From Phoronis australis (taxonomy: Eukaryota > Animalia > Phoronida): a stretch of DNA of 64,000 nucleotides. Position numbers and translations under genes: made by a program. The DNA lies in the NCBI GenBank assembly GCA_002633005.1, contig NMRA01000495.1:160837-224836 (forward strand), in the 5' to 3' direction. Positions 30,201 through 42,200 of the stretch are shown here, in pieces (the stretch's first letter is position 1; each line of letters opens with the position of its first letter). Below the pieces are notes generated by a model. The model was not told where the DNA came from. It saw only the letters and a program-made list of their open reading frames with translations, and did no database searches.

Positions 30201-33200
30201 TGTCCACGAAATGCCGGCCATAGACACGGAGATGTTTCACAGCCTCATACTTACTATTGACTACCGCAAGCCACTTCCTACGCATTTCGGGCTCTCGAGA
30301 AAGTCAAAAAATGATATACTCGCTTTCTTCACAGTTTCATAGTTCGGACAAGCAGGAACGATACACCACAATATAGCGGCATTCACTCCGCAGATGAACC
30401 ACTGACATCGTTGCATCGTTTCTTACCTTTCTCACAGGTTAACGCGACACCTCTCGGCAAGGTGAGGTCAACCGTATAAGAGACGATGTTTATATAGACC
30501 GAACCGATTAAGACGGTAAAAAGACTAATTAAACCGGTTGGCATTCTCCTTTAAGAGCAAGTAATTTCAGCTTAATTTCCCAATTTCAATTAAACATTGA
30601 TTTTAAGTTACCCTTAGTGCCACACGGGTTGCCCACACAATCATCAATGTTCTCCTGGCAGGTGTCACCGGTGTAGCCTGGCAGACAGTAGCATCGCTTA
30701 CGAGGACTCAGCGAAGTGGTTGGATGACACACGCCATAGTTCAGGCAAGGATCGCCTAGAAATCGAACAAAGTACCAGATTAGTCACCATGTGGCGCTTG
30801 TTTTCCGCTAGTTACTACGAATTTCGAAATACAAGTTTCCAGTTCAAGACAGACAACCTCTGGTNNNNNNNNNNNNNNNNNNNNNNNNNNNNNNNNNNNN
30901 NNNNNNNNNNNNNNNNNNNNNNNNNNNNNNNNNNNNNNNNNNNNNNNNNNNNNNNNNNNNNNNNNNNNNNNNNNNNNNNNNNNNNNNNNNNNNNNNNNNN
31001 NNNNNNNNNNNNNNNNNNNNNNNNNNNNNNNNNNNNNNNNNNNNNNNNNNNNNNNNNNNNNNNNNNNNNNNNNNNNNNNNNNNNNNNNNNNNNNNNNNNN
31101 NNNNNNNNNNNNNNNNNNNNNNNNNNNNNNNNNNNNNNNNNNNNNNNNNNNNNNNNNNNNNNNNNNNNNNNNNNNNNNNNNNNNNNNNNNNNNNNNNNNN
31201 NNNNNNNNNNNNNNNNNNNNNNNNNNNNNNNNNNNNNNNNNNNNNNNNNNNNNNNNNNNNNNNNNNNNNNNNNNNNNNNNNNNNNNNNNNNNNNNNNNNN
31301 NNNNNNNNNNNNNNNNNNNNNNNNNNNNNNNNNNNNNNNNNNNNNNNNNNNNNNNNNNNNNNNNNNNNNNNNNNNNNNNNNNNNNNNNNNNNNNNNNNNN
31401 NNNNNNNNNNNNNNNNNNNNNNNNNNNNNNNNNNNNNNNNNNNNNNNNNNNNNNNNNNNNTTCTTTTGAACTTGGATTTGGCAACAACCAAATAACGGTT
31501 GGATTAACAAGTCTAGAGTTGCTTTATATTTGCCAGGTATCTGCCGAGAAGTGTAAAGACTCAGCTCGCACTTGTTGGAAATTTCAGGTCCCATTTTGCG
31601 ACTTGATACGAGCTGACAAAATCTCAGCTCGCATTTGCAAATTTCAGATCGCAAATGCGACCTGCAGCTCGTTATGTCGAGCCCTGATCAGCTTTTGAAC
31701 ACGTAGAAACTAGATACCTTTAGCCATTTTCAATCACATTTTCTAAATGCCAATCAAATCTTTCCTATTATCATTCCTAAAGGAGTGTGTTCAACACATT
31801 CCCATTGCACTGTTGTAGCTCACAACCAAAAAGTTCAAAAGATGAAAAATTTGAATAAATGTACAAGTTTTGAAATTTCTAACAGATCTAACGTGATGTG
31901 TACTCCCAAACAAATAGCTACACAGTGGATTTCTTTGTCGTTACCTTAAAGGAGAATGCCACCCAAAAAACAACCTATTTGTAACAATTTAGATTGAGCA
32001 ATTCCACTCGATAACAGCAAGTTCAGTTGTTTTACCCGACACCTAACAGCAGACGAAGGTGTTGAAATTAACCAATGACGTAATCGGTTCGATAAAGTCT
32101 GTTCAGCCGTTCACAACATGCTTACTGGAGTCAACTTATCGCTTGAACTCATTGTTTTACACCAATAAATCACCAAAAGTTGATGTAAACCCATTACAAA
32201 TACATCGAGTTCTTGAACAAACGTGTTGTTTTATTTCACTGTTACGAATTTATAGGTATTTGAACATACCGTAGCCTACAGAGTTCGGTAGGCCAATTTA
32301 CCATGATGATCGTCGATCGCGGGAGTTTGGGTCTGTTTGGTGATAAATTCCAATCATTCTTCCGTGAAATACAGACGGGGAACGTAGCTGTGTTGTACTT
32401 TTAGACTTGTGATTTTTTCAGTTCTAAGCACACAAAAGGCATGTTACTCCCCGCCAGAGGGTTGCAACCCGATCAGGGCCGTCGTGGCCACCGGGACAGG
32501 ACATCACGAACATAAACCAGCATAAGTTGGAAACTAAAACCTCCAGTCACGAAAAGACTATAATAGTGAGCCAAAGAAATAATGTGCACATAATTATTTA
32601 GGTGAATTAGCCACGAAACTGAAAATCTACTTACTTGTTGGGGGCTGCGAAGTCAGGTTCCCCTTCCACAGAACTGCCTGAGCAAAGGTTGAACAGTAAC
32701 AATGATTTGAATAAATTATTAAAGATTCCCCTAACATGTGACCATAGCATATAAAATCGACCTATTGTTTCACAACAGCTTTCTGTCAGCAAAAACTGAA
32801 TTAGCATGCGCTCACACGTACGGCCTTGGTGCCCGGTCAACTACCTTCATTGCATCTAAAGTCGGTAACGCAGTGGTTTATTCATTACTGGCTTCTCAAA
32901 ACATTTGCACTCACGAATACTCCAAAGGCCTTACAAATTGTATTTCATGAGACAGACTTTGTTTCAGTTTTACATAAGCATTGGTTAGGGTGAGAATAAC
33001 TCATTTTGAAACAGAACGCAGAATAATAAACGTCTACATGGCAACTCACCTGGCGTCAATCCCGACTTAGTCGAGCTCATCCGACGAAGACTTCACGGGT
33101 CAGATTGTTAGGTTTCACAGGCTATCAGTTTGAACCGCAATACACTGATCAAGAAATACTAGAGGCGCTGTGAACATGCACAGGCAATGGAACGCATGGA

Positions 33201-36200
33201 TAGTTCTTTGGTAAGCCGGAATTCGTTAGAGAAATCGCTGTCCACGAAATGCCGGCCATAGACACGGAGATGTTTCACAGCCTCATACTTGCTATTATAT
33301 TTCATTCTTCACTACCGCAAGCCACTTCCTAAGCATTTCGGGCTCTTGAGAAAGTCAAAAAAATGATATACCCGCTTTCTTCACAGCTTCATAGTTCCGA
33401 CAAGCAGGAACGATACACCACAATATAGAGGCATTCACTCCGCAGATGAACCACTGACATCGCTGCATCGTTTCTTACCTTTCTCACAGATTAACGCGAC
33501 ACCTCTCGGCAAGGTGAGGTCATCCGTATAAGAGACGATGTTTATATAGACCGATTAAGACGGTAAAAAGACTAATTAAATCGGTTGGCATTCTCCTTTA
33601 AGAGCAAGTAATTTCAGCTTAATTTCCCAATTTCAATTAAACAATGATTTTAAGTTACCCTTAGTGCCACATGGGTTGCCCACACAATCATCAATGTTCT
33701 CCTGGCAGATGTCACCGGTGTAGCCTGGCAGACAGTAGCATCGCTTACGAGGATTCAGTGAAGTGGTTGGATGACACACGCCATAGTTCAGGCAAGGATC
33801 GCCTAGAAATCGAACAAAGTACCAGATTAGTCACCGTGTGGCGCTTGTTTTCCGCTAGTTACTACGAATTTCGAAATACAAGTTTCCAGTTCAAGACAGA
33901 CAACCTCTGGTGAACCATATACACTTGTCCCACAGGTGGGAGCAGACGTTCGCATGTGTATAATATTAAACAGCTAGCCATTGAAATCAGTTGATTACAA
34001 TACACATGTTGCCTGAGGCAAAGATTCGTGTCAACAACAACTGAAAACAGTTCCCTGTAAGCATGTCTATGAAATAAACATCACTACCAGAGATTTCTGC
34101 AGAGAAGAGCGGGTTATACATTTGAACAATACATTAGTTTAAGGACCAAAAGTCAAATCCCAGCATATACTTGTTAGGTACAGAAGAATAAATGTTAAAT
34201 GCATATTAAAATACTGTAGCTGGCAAGCCAATACAAAAGGGCCCTTGGTTGTATTGTGTGAGCCTCTTACAAAATGGTCCTTAAAAGACCGGTTATATAA
34301 TTCAACATAACTCACATAGTATAACGTGCTCATTCAAGTACTGAGGGTCTGTTTCATTCAAGTTTTTATCAGGAAAGGTTGGACGAAAACGAAGAAGATG
34401 ACAATATCGATGACAGTTGTAACACCTTGATTAGATGTTGCCGTTCACCAGCGTTGTCAAAAACCCCGCCTGGTTCAGTTCTTGTTCCTGGATTCACAAG
34501 TAATCGTGAACCACAAGAACAGGCAGAGACATCACAACAAATCACATTTCGAAAGTCGTCATCGAACTATTCAATGTTGCATCACTAGACTGAGGTTCTT
34601 CACCAGCAATCCTGACGAAAATTGCATAGTTTCTCTTCATTTGTTTCAATCCCAACCCATTTTTTAAGAAAGTGGTGTAAAGTTTTTGTCCCATGCTTAT
34701 AGTGCATAATTTGTTCAACAGTACATTTAGCATGATGAACCCATTTACATAAACTGGCCTCATTATTGATTTGAAACTAAAGTTAAATTAATCATAACAC
34801 CACAAAATTTGAAAATACATTTATTTTGTAGAAGCATGAATTATTTTCCCTTAGAATCAAGCACTTCTCGAAAAGCTATGCGTCATTCATTATCTGATTA
34901 GCTAAGGCGCATATGGTGGAAAATGGCAGTCAATGTGCATGCGTGCTTTGTAGCGACATTAGGTATCTCAATTTTATTTGGGCCACTCTGTTGAAATAGC
35001 AAATTTGCTTATTTATGCCACTTCTGATGAGTTCACAACTTGAGCCTGTTGAGCTCTACCATTGAGTGTTGACATAGGGACCAACGTGTTGCTTATTTGA
35101 ATGGGTATTGCTTTAGCACAGTAGCATCTGGGGAACCAAACCAGTATTCCAAAATTAGTATCTTTCGCACACGAAACCCTTTCATTACATTTGTAGTAGG
35201 ATTGGTGTATTATTTAGACGTGGTATAAGACTTTTCAAGTCAAAATTTTGGAAGTATTAGGACCTAAGACGAATGGTACAAAACAACATTGATGCCCCTT
35301 TATTTCACCTGTTCAATGTGTGTAAAGAAGGAGAGAGTTGTTAGTTGGCAGTACTTTCATAGGCTACACCATACGTCAGTAAGATGGATCAGATTCAGAG
35401 CAGCGTGCATTTGACCTTCAAATGAAACCCCCGTGGAGCATGTACGTATGCTGCTGTTGGAGTGCGATTTTGAGTATAGGCCTAGTGGTTATTTCTGGAG
35501 TACCAATGTCAGTTGTATTTAAGAAGTTAACGTTTTGTGAGCATTCAAAATTTTTAAACATGGATGTGAGTTCGGGAAAATAGACAATCCAAACCGCGAC
35601 TAGCAGACGACCATGACTAGCAGACAGCATACTTGAAGGAAGTAAGACCTGATAACACACCAGGTGCCGCAAGTGAACAGTGACATCATGGCTTGTGTGC
35701 ACGATCACAGATTTCGTGCATTGAGAATATACGAGTCGGTGGTCCACCTACTAAAAATAGCCTATGGTCACTTAGCATTTAGTACATTTGCTGTGGCACT
35801 GACAGATAGACTCTTGCTATTTGAACAACAAAAAAATCCCATCGTTCACAGTTTTGGCCAGTTTCTGCTGCAATTATACATTGTCACAGATAATGACAAA
35901 AATACATGAAAGCTTTGTTCACATTTCTGGTGACAGCACATTAAAGGCCAAGTATGGTGCCAAAATGACTATTTTTACATCTAAAATACATTTATTGATA
36001 AAAAACATCAAAATACTGTGTCATAGTATACCCCAGTCGGTAATTAAGTAGGCCTTTGACAATACGAAACGCCATCACGAACCCCATTTAGCGCCAAAAA
36101 AAACTTGAGACGGCGCTCGCGCCAATCGAAGTCTATGACATCATCGTTACCACTAATTTGGCTTTTACCGTGTCTCCACAGTATTGAAATCAGCGATGAC

Positions 36201-39200
36201 TGGCCATTTAATTTAGTGCAAAATACGTGGAAAATCAAGGAAACACATTAATTTTTCATTTCATGTCATTTAATATTAAAATTAATCAAAATCACTACCT
36301 TTAGAATTTTTATTTAATTATTTAGCACACATTCTAATACGGGCCGGTATGGGAATCCCCGGGAGTGTGACAGGTGTCGTCGAAACAGCTGGAAAAACAA
36401 AGCGATTCGTCTGAATTATTATCAGCAATTTCCCAATGTTTATTTATAAAGTGTAATTTGTTTGATACAAAAACTTTGATGTTAGTAACTTTCCATTCAT
36501 GTCTTTTTGAAGCCGAAGGTGTGAACTCTGCGCAATTCCAATACGGACGGCTGTCCAGTGTGTGTCCCGTATGGGTATAGACGACAACAGGCCACTTAAT
36601 TTGGTGCAAAATACTTAGAAACGTTAAGCTTACAGCACATATCAGCATGATCTTTTCGTACAATGCAACTACATTCAAATTCATTGAAAATTTTATATTA
36701 GAAGCTCAATTTTCAAAATAAATCACCTTGAAATGCTGCAACCAGTAATCGGTCAAGCTAAAAAAAATTGAAAATTTAATAGCAACACAACATTGTGCGT
36801 GTCCGAAATAAATTAAAACTACGAAATAAAATCTGTATTGCATGAAAACATACCCAGTCAATTGAACGTTTTAAATTCAGTATCAGAATTCCGTTAGGCC
36901 TACGGGAACGACTCAAATCAGACAAAATATTCCGGATTTGGGCCGGATTCCCTATACTCTGGGCCGGAACAGTGACACGAAATGTCGCAGTGCACACTGC
37001 AGGCCTTGTCGTGGATACGGATCTATTCCAGGCACGGCACACGACATGATCGGTGGGGAAGTTGTGCAAATGTATCCCATTGCCGCTGACATTGCTGCAC
37101 CCGCACACCACGCAAAGAGGCATTTTAGCCCAGAGATCGAATAGTACAGAACGTCCGAGAAATGGCACTCAGCTGTTACGCAGTGTGGCTCCCCAGTAAA
37201 TTCGTGGCCACGATGATGTCATATGAACCACTTTACGCTGATTGGTTGAGATTTTTTCTGGGGCGCTCGAAGGGGCTACGAATTATGAGCGGTGTAATTT
37301 GCGTTGCAATTAATTACTTTCCGTGGTACGTAAGAAGCAAAAACAATATTTTTTACGAACACTTTATACATGGATTTCTGGTGCCAAAAAGGTGTTTTAG
37401 CCGCTGGACGCTGTCTTTAACGGTACTGACGCTAACTTACCCTCTGAACACTGTCCATAATTACTTCCAATTATGATACCATAACTTCCATTTAATTGCA
37501 TACTAGGTAAAGTTGGACACTTACCATCGGAACAATATTGAACACGTTCACAGTTCTTCCCGGCTCTGGTGGCAGCACAAACACACTGGTAATGCGCGAT
37601 CCCATCGACACATGTTCCCCCAGCCTGGCATGGGTCTGATGCACACTCGTTGATATTCTGTTCACAATTGGGACCTGTTGTCAAACAACATAGCATAAGG
37701 ATACTCATAAAGCTTTGTTCAAGCTGGTCAATGCCGCATGAGAAAATTCAATTTCGGCTTGAAATCCTGCATCCCAAATTTTAGGGACTTCCCAAACTAA
37801 AGACTGATGTATTACAAATGAAAAGCGCACCACAAAATGAATGACACATGCCACAGTACAACTAAGTCCTAACATGTTCGTTTTCATGGCAGTAACACGA
37901 CTGATAATATTACAACACAACTGCAATGCACCACTGGACAAAAGACAAATAGATTTCACACAAGGTTCCTGAAACAGTCAGCCACTGAGCACCTGCTGCA
38001 CGTGAATAACCTTTCAACATAAAGCATACGACAATTCTATCACCAAAATTTCAAAACGCACGACCCCTCAAAGTGCTCCACCCTATTCCAAACAAAACCC
38101 ACAAGTGGGACAAAAGAATAAAAAGTGACACAAAAAACTACAAAAATAATTTGAGGTATCACTCATGGCCACATAACACACACCTCACAAATTTTCACAC
38201 TGAAACGCCTATGCCAATCCTTCACTTATTGCGTGCTAAAATGTTTGCCAAGGCTGAGTACCTTTTGCAAACAACTTGAAATCAAGCAAGTATTGTTTTC
38301 AAACATCTAGACACTACAATCCATGCTTGTAATAGACTGATGTTCTTAACTTTTGTGGAGAAATTCAACAAAAAATAGAATTTCAGTTTGGTGGCTATAC
38401 TGTGTTCTGAACACAAAATGAATTATGTAACCATACCATTCGTCCAACCCCATAATTACAGAGTATTACAACTTATATTTCCTACAAAGAGCTCAATGTG
38501 TTACGATACTTACTGGATAGGGTTGAGTAATTTACAGGGGATCATTTTCGACACAAAACTCGTTCTTAAAAACATTTAGGCATTTTAAACCTACTTCACA
38601 TTCACATCGTCGCTATATGTTGTGTTTCTAACTAATTTGACCAAGCAATCACAGAGACAATGAATTAGCTTGCCAAGTTCCACTTTAAAAATATTATCTA
38701 AAAATTGTGTATAAAAATGAATGTTCTATTTGAGTATTGCACATGATGCAGCTGACATAAATTCAATGGTCCTGTCAGTAACCTAAATCGGCCTTCGTTT
38801 AACTTTGACTCCTGCACGTGATGTGGCAACTCTTGGGTCTGAACTGATAGCACTACAAATCATGGCTTTCCACAACAAATACTAGTTTTGTCCAATTGAA
38901 GAATCTCTATGAAAATCAATGAAAACAAAGTAGCAAGGTAGACAGAACTTAACGCCTCATGCAACTTTTTCCTATAATTTTCCTAACATGTTTTCCCATA
39001 GCACCACACAGCATTCCTTAATTGCTAGTCCGAATCATAGGTTACCTTGGAAACTGTTTCACAGGTCATTATGTGCAATTATGTGACAGAAATATCTGTA
39101 CCAGCCACCAATTCGTGAATCAAATTTCCGTTTTGAGCACACACGTCATACATATGTCTCTATAAAAGCGGCGTCAAAGAAACAGAACATGTTAAAAATT

Positions 39201-42200
39201 TGTTGACGGCAGATTAACAAACAAGTCAGACTCTACCGTTGGGACCACCCACTAAAGTTCTAAGGTAATGATTATTTTTTATTATTAAAAGCATAGACGT
39301 ACACATCACCTGTACGTATCTTCAGCATTGAGATCACGGGTTAAGTTCTTGTTTCTATCTAACCTCCCAATTTTTTATTAATTTTTGTCTTCACTTTCTT
39401 TTGGTTAATATGTAATTTGTTAGTAATGAAAACATGGTAAAGTACACTTCACCTTGTGCCATGTGATTCCATAATCTGACATACCGTAATCGTTCGGGTT
39501 AACGCCCATGCTCAGTTAACCGCACATCCCCGACTTTAAGTGGATTTTCGATTTAACCGCCCACTGCTCGGTTAACCACCCTCCCCCGATTTTTTGAAGT
39601 CGCCAATTTAACCGCCCAGGGCGTTAACCCGAACGATTACGGTATATTCAACAATTTTTTGTTGAAACAACATTCTGTAAATGGGTGGACGAGAAGCCCA
39701 AAATCAAGACTTTTCTGTAAATACTTGGCAATTTCCTAGCATGAAGAGGCAGAAATACTCCAGCAACCCAACTGACCCATTGATCTTTATACGGGTAGCG
39801 CGGGATGTCAAACCCACAAAGGATTGTGGGAAACCGATCTACCGAAGCGCATTTCCAGTATTTGAAGATACCCGATCAGTAGAGCTCACTTTACCGGTAG
39901 CATTTCTAGCAGACAGAACTGTGTCACAGATACATTAAAGAAATGAGTTAAGGAACCGTTCACAATTACCACAATTTTCAGGTGAAATAGTTTACTTGAT
40001 GAGCGCCACTAAACCAGCAAACTCCACAATGTTGCTGTAGATGGCATTCATACACCAGCAATTTCCTTGCTTTAGTTAGTTTAATGCCTTTGTGACCTTG
40101 TAGCCAGTAACTGTACTCATTTTGTACTTCTAGAGCGTGAACAAACACAGAGATTGCCACAGCAGAAGAGAATAAGTATGTCTACAGACAACGTATCAGT
40201 GCTTAACTTTAGAACAGAGAGCAAGATGACCAGTCCAGTCATGAGCCCAGTGAGCTTCGATTACAGTAATTTTGTAGCTATTGCAGATGACAGGTTATGG
40301 GACGAATCAGCACAGAGTATTGGTTTTGTGAGAGACGAAACACCGTATCCCAAAGAGCGGAAAACCAGCAATGAGACTGGCATTGTTCTATCACGAGAGC
40401 GGAAAATAAGTGACATTAGTGGGCTAGCGATTGCCGAAGCAGTGAAAAACACCCAAGCAGATCATGTGCGAAAAGCGTGGGAAGACATTTTCCCAGTGAC
40501 TGACGCGAAAAGGGGAAAAGTACAGCGCATGAGTGTCATCTGCACATCTCACAATGGCAACCGACACCAGACAGCTGATTACATGAGGGAGACAAAGCCA
40601 GGTGTTAAAGTGCACGTGTCAAATAGGACTAAAATAAGCATGGCGTCAAGGGACAAGGGGGAACGATCGAAGACAGTGACATTCTCACAGAACTTGACAA
40701 CAGCGTACAGCTACCCATTCCAGCAAGACAGTCAGAAGCGGACAAAGATGTGCTGTATTCTTTGATATCTGACTCAGAACATTATTGTGCAAAACAGTGG
40801 GAAAACATGACTGTTTAAACTAGAACACAGTATGGTTGAACAGTGAAATTTGTTGGCAAATAGACATTTTTGATAAACTGTTACTAGCCAGTGCAGCAAT
40901 TAGCCACCAACATATGGTGAAATTCTGAGCGTAGTAGCCCTGGAAAAATAAAGAATTGAAAAACAGGAAGTTACACACTCTTCTGAACCAACTGTTGTGT
41001 TTATACAATGCAATGTTCTCTGTGGGGGGCAGTCTTGGAGATTCCACCATCTCGGTTCTAACTCTTGCCACAACTTTCACAAAAATACACTTGATAAATT
41101 TCACAAAGATCTAGCAGAGGGTTTGGGACATACAGCCACAGATGCAAAAAACAAACTGTCACTAGGGGACGCCACAGTAGTCCGACCCATCCAAAAATAA
41201 CTGTTAACTATGCTATTCATAATAGGAACACATGTGCCACTTTTTCACAATGATTCTCTTAGTTATTTGGCCAAGAGAAAGTCAGACTCGAAAACAGTGA
41301 AAATGGTAAATAGGTGGGTAAAATACTTCAAATCCATAAAAATGGAAGGTAACGTTGTCTCTCAGCCAGATAACTATTTGAAAATCCATTAAGGAACTCC
41401 GAAGACACAGTGGCAAAAAATAAACATGCCACTAGAGGGCACAGCCATAATTCGATCTGTCCCAAAATTTGCCCATGCCTACCCATCTATGATAAGAACA
41501 GACTTGCGCACTTCCTGTACATCTATCAAGAGCCTTTGGAGACACAGCAGCATACACTGGATGCCAGACAAGACTCCAGACGGACAGGGATGACGCCATA
41601 ATACACTCACATATCAATATATGGGCACATAAACTCCATGTTCTTATTGTTAACACGGTCAATCCTAAAACATTTGGAGAAAGTTTGAAAACTCCTTACA
41701 AAGTGTACTATAAACAGTTGAGACAAATGCTTTATGTGTCTGAGTTGCACAACGACATCGGGGAAAGACCGTCGACTTCAAAACACAAAATCCAGTTTTG
41801 TCATTCCAGGCAGGAACACATGGGGCACTAGCAGGTGAAAGTACCAGCTTTGTGCAAAACCTTCGGAACAGAATTTAGTATCTTTTTAACTGACCAACAG
41901 ACCAAACACAAGTCATCTCTAAGTTGACCAATGTCATAACTGTGTTGAGACTGCCGCCCATACATGGAAACAAGAGACCACACCCATCCCCACTACTAGA
42001 CCTTTGACTTCAATTTACCCAAAATAAGAACAAGGTCAAAGGTTTGCCTATCAACCCGCTTATTTGAAACACTAATTATACCTTGATATCCCGGCTGGCA
42101 TGCACACTGATAGCCATTCACGATATCGACGCATGACCCACCATTTTGGCAGGGGAAGCTGACGCAGTCATCTAGTTGAACTTCACACTGTCTACCAGCG

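Noticed and set aside
30720-31654. Long ORFs of 215-279 aa in the ORF track
   Set aside because: They are made almost entirely of N-gap codons.
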